Assembly: GCA_900088475.1 (NCBI GenBank)
Contig: FLMG01000516.1
Span: 1-64,000, forward strand
Reading direction: 5' to 3'
Source: Hyphochytrium catenoides
Taxonomy: Eukaryota > Protista > Hyphochytriomycota
DNA length: 64,000 bases
Position 1 is the stretch's first letter, and each line of letters opens with the position of its first letter. The notes under the pieces are model-generated. The model was not told where the DNA came from. It did not search any database and worked only from the letters and a program-made list of their open reading frames with translations. Below are positions 50,736 through 64,000 of the stretch, piece after piece. The translations under genes and the position numbers were made by a program.

Positions 50736-51644
50736 TTAGAGCCAAACGTTCTCTTTCTCTCCTCTAGGGGTAGACGTCTCCGACGTGGGAGGGGTCACGT
50801 CTGCCCGACTGAGCTTCAGTCTTGGATCATCAACACCAAAGGATGACGCGTAGGAAGAGAGATCCTGCGTATCTGTGGGGGAGGCAAGGGGAGAACGCAG
50901 CTTCTGGGAGTTGAGCTTGATAGAGAGCTGCTGCACTTGGTTGCTCATCTCAGCCATCTCCATCTTTTGAAGCGCAATAATGCGTTGATACTCGCTCCGC
51001 TCCTCTGTGGAGGAGACGATGCCTTGCATCAGCTCATCGTTTCGTCGCTCAAGGGCCCTGAACAGCGCAAGTAGCGGGAAGAGAGACCGCATTCAACATC
51101 TACAGCTGCCTGGTGATCACATTGAAGTAGTACTTACTTGATGCGCTCATCTCGCTCTACTAGCCTCTGCTCCAGCGACGAGGTAGCCTTCTGTCCCTCA
51201 GCTAAAGTGCTAAGGATATCGTCCATGCGCTTCTCCAGCAGTCTGAAGATGACGAGAAAGAAGGAGAGAAGAGAACAGATGGGGTGTCAGGATGATAAAG
51301 CGTCACCCGAGAGAAAAAGGTAGAGCCTCATCTGACCTAATTCTCTCGCTCTGCTCAGTGTTCACGGTCTCCAGCTGCTCTTTATCCCGCTGAAGAGAGT
51401 TCACCAGGCTCTGCAGCTCCGGTGCAGCAGACGTAGGAGCAGAAGAGAGCGGAGGGGTCCGAGGGGAGACATCCAAGCGCTCGATCTGTCTGTCAAGCTG
51501 TGCCTGTCGTAACGCAGAACGTTATAAAATAGGAAAGAAGGACATCAGGAAGGCAAGCAAGGGAAGATATTGGGCCAGGTAGCTCAGATAAACATAAACA
51601 GCTTGTGCCAGCAACAGGCAAAAGAAAACGGAGAGGAGCGGGGG

Positions 51645-51675
<31 letters not shown>

Positions 51676-54600
51676 NNNNNNNNNNNNNNNNNNNNNNNNN
51701 NNNNNNNNNNNNNNNNNNNNNNNNNNNNNNNNNNNNNNNNNNNNAGACAGAGACAGAGAGAGAGAGAGAGAGAGTGAGAGAGAGAGAAGCACCGGAAAGA
51801 CAGACAGAAGGAGAAAGCTAGTGCAGCAACTGACCTGAAACTTGCTGGTCTCGCTAAAGCCTTCCTCTACCTGCTCCTGAACTTGGTCTAACTTCTGAGC
51901 AGTCAACTCTTGCTCGCTCTGTACAGTGCCCAGAGTTCCATTCATGGCTCGCAGCTCCTGCCAGATCTTCACCAGATCAATCTGAAGAGCTCCATCCGGT
52001 GCTCTCTCTCCTTGGTTTCTCTCCCTGCTCTCAGCAACGAAAGACTGCGATGGCACCTCGCCTAAGTTCTCCGCTGTTTTCTTAGTGGCCGCACTGATTT
52101 CTAAAAGCTGCTTCTGTGCAGCAGCGAGCTTGCTGCGGAGAGCTTCAAGCTCAGACAAAGCAGCCCTGCACCAGGGTGACCACAGGAACGAGGAGACAAG
52201 GTTAGAGGAGTGATGAAGAGCGCGAGAGTGAAATAAGGATCAAAAAGAAGACAGAAGTAATAGACCAAGATCACAGAGTGGGAGATAAATGAAGGGGAAA
52301 GACCTTCTCCTTTGACGAATTGCTGACCTTTCTCTCTCCCTGAAAGCTTCCAGTTCTTGAGGCGCAACGAGCGCCTTGCCTTCTCTCTCCTTCAGCTCTT
52401 TCTTTGCTTCAGATAGCTCTCCTCCAGTCCTCTTCAGCTGCTCTAAGGTCCTGCCCAGATGACCGCGTAAGTCTTCCAACTCGTCATTCGCCATTCTCAA
52501 GCTTATCTCGGTGTGGCCCAGGGCGCTTGACACAGAACCCTGAACAATGTGTGAGAGAGAGAGGTGGAGAAAGATACAGAGGCAAACATGAGCAAGCCAA
52601 CAGGTGAAAGGAGGGATGCAAAAGGAAGCGAGAAAGAAAGGAAGAGAGAGAGAGAGTGACAGAAAGAGCGTAAAAGAGAAAGAGAGTGACGACAGCGGCA
52701 TAGTGGCGTCATCGCGGGGCGGGGAGGGGGGAATGTTGGGGAAGGCGGGACAGTAGCACCTACCTTCTCTTGGTGAAGCTGCTGCACTAGTCCTTTAAGC
52801 TCGTCTCTCTCTTCTGTCAGAATGCGGATCTGCTCCTCAAGTGATAGTTGAAGCTCCTTCAGCTGGTCCGCAGCCCTAGCCTTTGCCGCTATCTCAGCTT
52901 CTCGCTCCCTCCTCTCCATCTCCTCTTGAATTTGGCGCTGCTTCTCTTCTTCTATCCTCCGGAGCTGCGCCTGTCGTTCCTCTTCTTGTCTTTGAAGCTC
53001 CCTCTGTCTTTCCTCTTCTAGTCTCTGCCTCTCCTTTCTATCTTCCTCTCTTGCTTTGAGCTCAGTCAGCTGAGCCCCGGCTCTAAACCTCCTCCAAGCA
53101 CACTGGACGACTATAGAAGCTGCTCGCATCAACTGGAACTGTCTGTAGATCAGCGGATGAGAGAGAGATGGAGAGCGAGAGATGAGGGTCAAGGGTAGAA
53201 GACGAAAAAGAAAGATGACATAATACTTTCTATGCCTTCTCTGGATTCTCTATCTCTTTCGTTGGGTTTTTGCTAAACGTGGCTATCTCTCTTTTCGTCT
53301 ATCCACACTCCCCACTTTGCAGAAAACTCTCATCCTATCCTTCGCCGCTCGCCTGGTACCTGGAGGCAGCCTGGGCCCGGTACCAGCTCTGCACAGAGCG
53401 CGCGGCCCTACTCTGCGCCTGGAACTTCTGAGCCCCTACCGAACGTCGGTAGGCGCGTTGGATCGTTCCCGCAGCCCAGCGGATGAGCATAAAGCGGCGA
53501 CGAAGGTAGAACCCCCGATAGTGCTTCTGAAGCCTCACAGCTGCACGATTGCGTCTGTATGCCTTGCTGTGATAAGAAGAGCAAAACGAGCAACAGCATA
53601 CTGAAGTCAGTAGAGAGTCTAGGCCAAGGGAGTTCCAAGGTGGGGGTCTGGAACACTTCGATTATCTGGGAACAAAGAGCGCTGCGCGACACTACCAATA
53701 TGGGAGAGGTTTCCACAAAGGAGAGAGTGATTGGCAGTTCGCAAGAGAGAAAGAAAAAATAGTAGGAGGAAGAGTCACCTTCTGCCTCTTCCAATAAATC
53801 CTCTGAGAACTCTTTGTATTTGTCTCGCAGAAGGGTCCAACTTCTTCATCCACTCTCGAATTTTCCATCCCTTATAAGCTTTCTGGATTATGATAGCTGC
53901 ATAGTTGACGTATCTAGATAACAACAGAGTGAGAACGCGAGATAAAGAAGAGGACGAGGGCGCAGTAGAGACGAATGGCGCCAGCTGCAAGGGAAAAGCT
54001 AATCAAGCAAGGCTTGGAGACGTACTGTGCCCGTCTCTGCTCTAGAAGAGCAAAGGATCTCTTCCTCAGAAAAATCTTTGTCTTCCCAAGCTGGAAGCCA
54101 TAGAACTCCATTATAACGTCAAATGAAGCATCTTCTCGTTTCTTGAGACCCAAGTTCATCGAGCAGAGGCACAAAAGGCATTAGATCAGATAGTTGAGCA
54201 CACCTAGAAGTGTCATAATTAATTGGAGACTCGGCTTACATCGTGGCTGTGCGCCTCTGTTCGAATGGCTCTGCTCCACTCTCTTCTAAGAATGATCTCC
54301 AAGAGCTCCTTTGCCACCTTCTCCATATCCCGTCCCCGTGTTGGCACCTTGATTGCTTTCCCGTTGATTATCTACGAGCGTTCCGTGATACAGAGGAGCA
54401 AAATTAGTCAACGAAGGACCAGCCGTTAAGCATCAAGAGATTTGGAGTCTGTCAGCGAAAGAGACTCAATAAAAAGAGGACAGGAGAGACCCTGGAAGGG
54501 CGGATAGGAGAGCAAGAAGACGAAGCGGTACTACTGACCCTAACGCCCAGCATATAGTACTGGTCCACAAACTCTTCGTGAGCGTATCTCACAGGGTAAC

Positions 54601-57256
54601 CCGCCCGCGCCACTCTCACTGCCTCTAGCACTCCGCTGTACCGGAGTTGGCTTACGATGCGAGGGGCGTTGAACGTGTCTGGCAGAAGCGGTAGAGGAGG
54701 AAAGATCAAAAAATGAGTTCAAGAGGCCTGCCGAGGGGTAAAAAGCACAATCCCGATAGGATTTGCTCTAACCTGGTGCATTGAGGTCATTAGGCTTGAT
54801 ACACCGAACATAATGTGGTGCTGTAGACCTGAAGTAGTCCAGAGAATAGGGACGGCGAATGGTAAGTGGCAATGCCCACCGGAATGGCTAGAGAGGCCAA
54901 GGGTTACTGCCCAGAACAGCTCTCAGGAGAGCTCAGCCGTGAGAGTGCGAGATATCGGGCGACAAGAGCGGTGAAGTTTGGCGCTGACAAGCTTACCGGA
55001 TAGTCTTCACAAGTGCAGTTAGCTGGGTCTTGAACTGTGAGCCCAGGCTCATTGCATTAATGGAGCTGGACCGTCTCATCATCGTCATCGAACCAGGGGC
55101 AGCTGCTAGTGCTTCCTCTCCTCCAATAACAGAGGAGGAAGACGCCAGGGGACCAAAGAGATGTTGGAGAAGGATGTGCGTGGTCCTTGCCAGCACGGCC
55201 CTGCTATCTGAGTGGAGTAGGTCCTTGTTTTTATCTATGAAGCCTTGGGTGCTGTATAGCACAGAGCCAGCATAGTGCTTCACTACGAACATCTCCTTCA
55301 CTTTCTGGAAGTTGCTCACTTCAAACTTGGGATGCTTGCCAAGTCGACTAAAGAGAGAGAATGGTGAGAACTACTACGAAGGGAGTGAAAGCAGAATAAT
55401 GTACAGGCCAAAGCGCTTGTCTACCTATAAAGCTTCTGTGCAAAGGTAGAGTCTGATCCTTTCGGGAACAAGCACTCCTCGTCCAGCAACCGCAAGATGC
55501 CAGTACATCCCTGAATAAGCTCGACGCTTTGCTCATTATTTGGAAAATCTATGTAGGACCTATCGGAGGTTGATGACGGAACGAGAGGTGAGTGGCGCTG
55601 TAGCTCAGAGACCAGAAGTCACTGGGGAAGGTGGAATCTAGGGCTTGAGGCCCCATAGCTGAGGATAGATATATGCTTGATATCACAGAGCTCTTGTGCA
55701 GGTAAGATATTGTAGAAAAGGACGCCTGTAGAATGCCATGAAAGAGAAAAGACGACCCTTTCCTCTCCACTTCTTACCATCTTATACCCTCTGTTTCGTA
55801 CTCGCTCTGCTCAAGCTTGAAGATGTGCTCATTGAACTGATTTTGTAGGCACTCGTTCGCATAGTTGATGCAGAGTTGCTCGAAAGAGTTCACTTCAAAG
55901 ACTTCAAAGCCGAAGATATCCAAAAGCCCAACGAAAGCGAAGGTGTCTCCCTCGTGACTGATCCGTTGGTTGATGCGGCTGACAATGTAGGTAAAGAGAG
56001 TGCCATAGATTGCCTTCGCTAGCCCATCACGTGCTTCTGCTGCCTTTGATGGAGAAAGCTGTACAGTGAACTTTTCTCCTCGAGCAGCCACCGTCCTAGT
56101 AACCAGCACCTGCCGAGAGCAACAGAGAGAATAAGTGCAAGGGCTGTGACGGATGCTGCCTCGTCCTCCACCTCGGTCCACATAGATTTCCCCGCTATGT
56201 CTCCCTCCTTTTCCATACCTTCCCAACGGAGTCTGGATCTAAGCCGCACAGCGTGGCCATTTCCTGCAATGCTTCCAGAGCTGCTGGGTCAGAGATCTCG
56301 GAACTTTCATCATCGCCTGAGACGGTAGCTTGTTAGTGTAACAGCTTTAAGAGCAATATGGGTCAATGGAAGTGATGTAGGAGAACGGAAGTCTAGCTTG
56401 AAAGGACAGAGGCATACAGAAGAAAAGAAGGACAGATAGCATTGTAGCTTGAGAGGTTAGCGCAGTCTAGGAGAGTTTAGCTTGTTAGGAAGTCGAAAGA
56501 TGCCTTTACCTGCTTTGGCCTCCCGCGGTGTGAATGTGACATTGCCTAGGTATAGAAGGCCCACTAGCAGCGTGAAGATCTCCTCTTGCTCCTCTAGAGA
56601 GAAGTTCATAATCGCCATAGAGTTTCGCGTGATCTCAAACTGACGCGTGTCATCCACTCCATCCTGCCGCTTGTAGCAGCCGCTCTGAGAAAGATATCGG
56701 AAGTGCTCCATGGGGTGCGTCAGATGCCACCTTGCTTTCTCGCTCTGGTTTACAAATAGAAAGAAAAGTGTAGTGTAAGCCCAGATACTGGACGCAGCAA
56801 TAGAGGTCCAGTGGACGATCCCTCGCGCTTCCCTCATGTTAATATGAACCTTGCTGTCTGGGGTTCTTCTCGTCTCACCTGTGTCGCCCCACACATCAGC
56901 TCGTAGAAGATGTGGTAGTTCCTCTCGTTGAGCCCGGGGCTGACGACCCGAACCTTCTCCAATAAATATGTTTGAATCACTCCGCCAACTAACTTTCCCT
57001 GGAATGCAAGGAGTAGACGATTGTATATGAGGGCCCTCGACGGACAAAAAGAGAGGAAATAACTAAGAGGCACCCTATTTTATGGTGGGAAGGGGCGCGC
57101 CTAGCCACAGGAGCTGAGAGGGAGAGAGAGAGAGAGAAGAAGGAGAGAGAGAGGAGAGAGAGAGAGAGAGAGAGAAAGAAAGAGAGAGAGNNNNNNNNNN
57201 NNNNNNNNNNNNNNNNNNNNNNNNNNNNNNNNNNNNNNNNNNNNNNNNNNNNNNNN

Positions 57257-57290
<34 letters not shown>

Positions 57291-59021
57291 GACCGAGGAC
57301 CCAGGATAGAACAGCAGGCTGTGTACCTGTCTATCAAACTGAATTCGAATAAACTTGCCAAACCTACTGCTATTGTCGTTGCGTATGGTTCTGGAGTTCC
57401 CGAAGGCCTCAAGAATAGGGTTACTCTCTAAGACCTCTCTCTCTATGGAAATGACGGCATTCTCTGAAGTGACTGAGCTCCTTCGGGGCCCGGAGTCTGT
57501 CCGGTAAGCGGCTTCTATCGCCTCCTCAGCTCCGGAACCGCTAGCAACGATCGCGAGGTACCGCATGATGATCTTCGTAGTCTCCGTCTTACCTATGGGA
57601 GTTTTAGTGCTGACAAGTGAATAATAAGCCCCTGACGAAAGGGTTGCCAAGCTAGGCCAAGTACTGGGGGAAAGAAGCAAAAACATCACGGGAAGCTGTG
57701 AGGAAATTGTATGCCTATACCTGCTCCACTCTCTCCGCTGACGAGGATTGACTGATTTCTACGCAGATTAAGATGGGGATTTTTGATGGCCATCAACATG
57801 CTTCTAAAGGCACCGTCTGCCAGAGTGTAAACGTGCGGCTTTAAGGTGTTTGAGCTGTCCTGTTCCCAAGAATGCACTGCTTTCATCTGTGGCGGAGACT
57901 TTTGACTAAGAGAAGAAGAGCAAACTCTTGACTAAACAGCACCGCTCACCTTGTCTCTCTTGTGGAGTCCAGCTTGATAGTATGCTATTAGCGTTTCCTT
58001 ACTATACAGGTGCTCGATGTATTTGAAGGGATTCATTGCAAGCAATATAGGCCCTGTGTTGGTGTAGATGTTTCCTGTCTTGCTTCTCTCTATAAGTGAG
58101 TGTAGGATCGCCGGCTCGTTCAAGTGGACTAGCTTGATGAGGTCAGACACGACTGCGTCTCCGCCCTCCACTACGTTCCGAAGCTTTACTTCAGGAAACT
58201 GCGAAACGAGTAATAGGAAAGCTGAGTGGGAGAAGGGTACAGTCACCTCGCAAGGAAACCGTGACAGGGATAATAGAAGGAGAAAGTAAGAGGTGCAAAG
58301 CTCTCTCTCAAGAAGAGACGGCAGGTGCGAACGGAGCCCCTCAATCTAGGGGAAAACAAGGCGCAGATGCAGCCTTGCAGAAACCAATCTTGTCAGAGAG
58401 AAAAGCCAGCTTGGCCCGATAGGAAGGAGAGGAATGAGGTAGAAGCAGATACTGAAGGAGAGGAGACGCAGGCCCATAGTCCGAGAAGGTAAAGAGCAGA
58501 ATAGTCGCAAGCACATAAACCATAGAGCAGTGCCCGTACATCGTCAATGTCACCCTTGAGGATTCGCTCCTGGTAGCCGCGTATAACGACTCTCACGACC
58601 TCCTCCTTGGTGCTAACATCTGGCGGTTTATCTCTCCCTTGGTAGGGATCTTCTAAGTTTTCTAGCTCAACGTCGAGGATGAGATCGCCTGTATTATATC
58701 TGCAGCGGCATCTCTCATGAGGCCAGATTTTTATGTCATGACTTTTTTAGGTCGGTGCTCTCACCTTGTGATCAAACTGTCATGGTCCTGCAGTGTCTTG
58801 TTGATGATGGTTCCTAGAAGGAGCAAGTATCACTCAGCTCAGCCCCTCCACCTTACGCCACCGGCTTAGGACTTACCTGCCCGCCAGGCGCGCTCTGCAT
58901 CTGGCACCCAGACTGGCGTGTCTTGCTCCATCGTCACCCCAGTAATTGGTGTGATAGCAGCGTTGATCACATCATCCCGAAACATGGCATCTGCCAGATC
59001 TTCAGGAATGAGAGGCGGCAT
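50736..59021 (-). CDS. Myosin heavy chain (N-terminal SH3-like, motor, 6 IQ, ER/K helix, coiled-coil tail), multi-exon
   Basis: [10 protein letters not shown]; [14 protein letters not shown]; [15 protein letters not shown]; P-loop SGESGAG|KTETTK; [24 protein letters not shown]; YLLEKVRV; LLDIFGFE; [19 protein letters not shown]; GKTKIFLR; IQ motifs. Confidence 0.95.
51645..51788. repeat. Intronic (GA)n microsatellite with gap (myosin)
   Basis: GA runs flanking Ns. Confidence 0.9.
57115..57290. repeat. Intronic (GA)n microsatellite with gap (myosin)
   Basis: GA runs flanking Ns. Confidence 0.9.
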
Positions 59022-60970
59022 GGCTCGTGAAGTCTTAGGATTTTGACCCGGAAGCTCTGAGCGCCGTCGACCCTTGCAACTCCTTGCCGATCAATAGGAG
59101 AACAGTTTGCCCACCGCAGCTAAGCAGCGCTTGACCTTCAAACAGGCAGGGCTGGTCTATTTCACGTCTGCAGCAGTCATCGCGAGATGAGGCTTATAAT
59201 AAGAGGCATTTCAAACAATAAATAAGGGCCTGCGAGAAGAAAGTGCAGTGTGCTACGGCCTTTGCTTTAGAAAAAGTAGTGCGGGGCGGAGGAGAAGCTG
59301 CGTGATGATGGCTGGAAAAGGAGGGTTCTGGAGGCTGCAAGATGGTTGCTAGTGGTTTCTTGCTGCCCTCTTTCCTTTCTACTGAAAATCTTGGTCAATA
59401 ACATTCATTTCCCCGTTGCTGCTTGTACCCTAGATGCGACCAAGTCTCATGCACTCATACTCTCCTTCTCTTGCAGAGCTCATCTCCACACAGCGTGGCT
59501 CGTGTTCGCTCTACCTTCCTCCCTGTTGTACATGTCGCTGCCCTTGGTCATCTCAGTTCTATCCAACTACCTTGCTGCTCCTTGCTGGCTGCTACTGCTA
59601 CAAAGCTTGCTCTGCTCCTCACACCGCTGCCTGACGATGATGATGATGGTTCCAGCCTCAACCAGGATATAAGCAAGGCAAGTGCAGAGAGACACTCCTT
59701 CTGATGATGCTTGGCTGCTCTCTCCTGTCGATAAATGTACCAGCAAGTCCTCGAGAGAGAGGAAGAACTAAGGTGTCAGAGGCTGGAGGATGGGCATCAG
59801 GATAAGAAAGCAGGACATCGTCGCAGCCCATCCCGCGCACTAACCCACACAACTCGTATTTCAAACCCACTCCGTGACAATAAATTCCTATAGTTAACAG
59901 ACAATTAAGGTAAACACATGCCCTCTTAGGTCCTCACCCACACTCCTTATGGAGACCTCATTTTCCAACCCTCCTCTGCCCAGAGAGAGGGAGAGGAGAG
60001 GGAGGACGAAAGTGAGGCTGACCCGTGATGATGCCTATCCTCTATATCTAACACAGAGGTACATCTCACTCACTGTGGCTATTGACTATTATATTAAACA
60101 ACAAACGCAAGCTAATTGGAGAGACCCAGTCTCTTCAAAAGGTTATGTGTGAGTGTGAGAACAGCCAAAATTGTAATCTCCTGGCCCAAAAAACATCCAA
60201 ACTTCCGCGCCAAAGCTTCTTGAAGCTTACATTTATGCCAGTAAGCGTGGGAAACATTGAGCTGAAATCTTAGAGCTTGAAGTATTTGAAGTCTTCAGGT
60301 TGAGGTACGGTCCAGCACCAGAACTGAGACGGGCTTCAGTAACTGAAGATCTGATTCTGTAGGGCGATATAACGAACCGCCATCGCCGCCTTTTCACTGT
60401 AGAAGCTCTCACATTTTTATTGTATCTTTCTTCTTCTCTTCTCTCTTCTTTCCGCATTTTGGCCGTTTCTCTCTTTTGTCCCAGTCTGGTTCTTCTGGCC
60501 TTTGATTGGTGCACTACGCCGTGCAATGGCTGTGGACATATCTTGGACGACAGCAGAAGAAGAGCAGCAAAGATGGAAGCTTCCTGAGCCCTAAGTCCTG
60601 AGCCTCCTTCAGTAGATTATCGTCAGGAGATCCGGCCTCCTTTGCATTCCAGTCGTCATCTCCTCCGTCTACTTCTGCGGTTCTGCCTTTAGGATTATTG
60701 GGTTGGGGCAATTATCTCTTCCGCAGTTTATCATGCTTCTCTTGCTTCTTTAGCGGTAGGTAGACGACAGACTTTGTCATCTTCCATCATGTTATCATGT
60801 TGCTGGTGAACAGTCGCGTGTAGCGTCTGCTGCACAACATTGATGGGTGCCATCATGGCTGACGCCACTTAAAAAAGGAATGATCTTGATTTCTGGGGTC
60901 GATTCTGAAGCACGACCTTATTATGGAGACACTACGTAATAAGTCGGATGGTGACCATTCTTACGGGTCT

Positions 60971-61490
60971 TTATAACCAGGACCTGCAAGAACATTTGAG
61001 ATCAGGAAGCACAGCTGCTGGCAGCTTATCATCTCTTGTGCGTGATGGCCGAAGAAAGAGGCGCCTCATGTCCGAGTTAGAGTAGTTGAGCGAGTACATT
61101 AGTAGGCTGTTTGACTCTGGCCACCAGGCCAGAAGAAGATAACGAGCTTCTTCTGACACACTTAGTCATGCTAGAATAGCCCTTGTTTACTAAACTGCAG
61201 TTTGGCAGGCACATGGACCACCAGGCAATGATGAGCTGTCGCTAAGCCTCGGCTATAGCTGATTAGTGCACATTCACTTCGGCAATAGCAAAATCTGCAT
61301 GCAAGGCAGGATCGGAGTTGGGCTCCGCACTGGAAGCGCCGGGGAGCTGTCGTTGAAAAGGAGGAGCTTGGCGTACGAGAAGTGCCACTAATGATGGATA
61401 GCTACGAGCGTGTCAGGCGACAGCAGAAGCTCTAATCAGCAGTCTTTCCGTCAATGCCAGGGTGCTGGGCGGGTGTTCTCCATCAAAAGG
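60971..61490 (-). pseudogene. Possible decayed gene with an internally repeated EA(x)RxLxxAWW motif
   Basis: One frame reads ...AIAEVNVH*SAIAEA*RQLIIAWW and the adjacent ORF reads EEARYLLLAWW. Confidence 0.3.
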
Positions 61491-64000
61491 AATGTTTAAT
61501 GCAAATAAGCTCAGCAACAACGAGTCATGCCGTAGAACAACTGACTAATAAGAAACGCCATTACCATCTACAGTTCTGAGAGCGAAGACAGATGTTTCTC
61601 ATATAAGACTTGGTCGCTCATCATTAACAACTACTAACGAAGTTATAACAAGAAATAACATAAATTGTTATCACCGATTTCTCCACCTTCGAACGAAGCT
61701 AGGGCGCCCATTTGTCCTACAGTGAGGAACAACGAAGCGGCAACCGCCCGGCGTTTGATACTTGCCTGTCGGTCGCCAAAAAAAAATGCCGTGGTGGTGC
61801 TGTTTCCACGAATCACCACCGGCCTCCACTTCTACTAAGGTGATCGGCCACTAGAACCACGGCGGATGATGATGGTATGTCGTCACTGCCATGATTCAGC
61901 CCAACCACCACCCCCGCGGCGAAAGTCATCCTAATCACTGCTGAAGACACTCTCGTCTTTTTTACTCAGTTTCAGTGAAGGCCAACAATCTCCTCAAGGA
62001 GTAATACCTTCTTACTCTGCGGAGGTAGGCTTCTTCTAAACAGAGCATACGTTGCGATAATAGCAATATTGAGACCTATATGTGAGTTGGGAGTAAGGAG
62101 GAGTGAGAGAGGACTAATCCTCCTAGAGGCAAGGCTACTGGTTATCTTCTTTCTGCTGACCAGCACGTGATAAGCGGCAGGCCGAAGCTTTTATAATAAA
62201 TATGATGCTTCCTCTTCCTCTTGGCTGGTCCCTCCTGTTGATTCATGTCGCTGTTGCCGGCGTGGTGGAAGTGGAAGCCAATGGATGAACCGCCCTTCTT
62301 CCTAATACTATACTTGCAGCACCAACGAAGAATGAGCTCACTTCTTCCCGTCGCCGCCATTCAAGCTAGAAGCAGGAAGACGGTTGGGTGTGTCGTCTCT
62401 TCGAAGACTAGTCGGGCACGTTTTCCCTGTATTATGATGATGATCGGCGAATGAAGGAAGAAGAACTGAAGAGGTAGTAGTAGCAGCACCTAATAAACAA
62501 GTTGATAGTAAGACGGCACATTTCCCCATCACGTCCTCTTCTTGGATGATCAACAGCCAACATAAGGCATTATCGTCCTCCGCCGGTCTCTGCCGCCTCC
62601 TGCTGCCTGTATTGTTCATAGAAGAACCAAAGAAGATGAAGAAGAAGAATTTCCTTCTGCTCACCAGGATGAGCGTGAGAGAGCATGCAGATGAATAATG
62701 GTAAGCCTCTGGCTGGGGGAATCAAACTGGCGCTTGACATTACTAACCTGGGAGCTCTCCTTGCCGCCTAGCTGGGTCAAGCGGAAGGAGGCTCTTCTTG
62801 GCCCGTTAGTAATCGCCGACGTGTTGTCCTAACTCTACGACTAACTCACAAGGACTAAGCTAACTAACAAGAACTGAGTACTCCTTATTACCGCCACGAC
62901 TACCAATTAACTACGTACTCTCTCTTCTAACGTACGTGGGGCGCAGCGAAGAAAGGGCGGGCGGGCAGTTGACTGTTCCTGCTGCTGCGCCGAATAGGTG
63001 CAGTCAGTTGTGCCTCCTCTCTCCGTTGCCGCTGTGTCTAAGTCTGGGCAGGCGGCAGAGGCTGAGGCTGACCACCGGGCAAATCTGATACTGAGGCCCG
63101 AGGTCAGCCCCATCCTCTAACCGCGCCAGGAAAACCTAATATCTCCCCCGGATATTCAACCGAGCAGCAGCAGTAGGAAAGAAAGCTCTTAGGCTGTGTA
63201 AGAAGAAGGAGTTGGCCGGCTATGAAGGCCACCGGCCGACGTCTCTTCTAGCATATAGGGAGAAGAGCCTTCATAAAAAATCATCATCTAGCTCACACAG
63301 CCGCCACCTATTCCTTCATGAAAAGGGAAAGGAGCTGAAAAAGCAGGTGCACACAGGTATAATCCTCGATAAAGGCTTGCTTCCAAGTGGCGGCACCATC
63401 ATCACATCATCATTAACCTTCCCTGATACATATATTAATTATTGCCATGACAACATGCCAATGCGGCTGCCCTTCTTTGAGACGGCACTCCTCCGTGGCG
63501 GCGTTGGAGCCGAATTAGAAGACGGAGATATCAAACGCGTCCCCTCCTTGTTCCGAGCCCTAACAAGACAGATAATAGAGGAGAGGCTGCGGTCATCAGG
63601 AGCAGCAGGCAGGGATTAAAAGTCTGGAAAGACCCAAAACCTGAGCCAATAGTAGTAGGAGGAGGAGGACAAGCAGGACGAGGACGAGCAGCAGTTGGTC
63701 ACGTCACCTGGAGTTTCAAAAAGTGTCCTTGCCGCTGGCCCGCTCCCTTGCGACAATGGGTTCATCAGAAGGCGTCCGTCCACACGAACGAGTATCCGCA
63801 CCAGGTCTTGTTGCTTACAAGTACGACAAAGGTAAATATGCTGCCTCTCTTCCTTCCCTCTTCCTCTTCTAATTTTGGGCTGCGTTCCTGCTATGTCCAA
63901 CCACACTCCCTCTTACTCTTTGCTGTTCTCCTTAGGTTTTCGTCCTATTGACTTTACATTATTCTTCTTGGGTCTGGTGTGGATTGGTCCTACTGCTCTT

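Overview
Eukaryotic nuclear DNA: compact and intron-rich, with short GT-AG introns and many (GA)n tracts. The gene repertoire is most consistent with a stramenopile-like protist/alga (inference only). The left end looks subtelomeric: a C-rich 13/19-bp satellite built from CCCTAA-like hexamers, interrupted by a 653-bp solo LTR (TGTTGAG...CTCAACA, 5-bp TSD TAGCC) that is extremely TAG-enriched. About 8 kb of apparently decayed gene remnants follow. From about 11 kb onward lie 13 spliced or single-exon genes: an FRG1-like protein with a swapped core domain, WDR61/SKI8, VPS18, a C-x4-C-x9-C-x2-H zinc-finger repeat protein, a bZIP-PAS transcription factor, an intronless monoglyceride lipase, a LMW-PTP, a TPR-like/ankyrin/LsmAD fusion, a 2-oxoglutarate/malate carrier, a calmodulin-like protein, PRP19, mitochondrial pyruvate carboxylase and a 6-IQ myosin. 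The most interesting signals are (i) a RIP-like C->T signature in repeats of an apparently non-fungal genome, (ii) a 'zipperless' bZIP-PAS sensor, (iii) the ankyrin-LsmAD (ataxin-2-like) fusion and (iv) the FRG1 termini around a foreign beta-domain. Exon structures were inferred by eye and no database searches were run.
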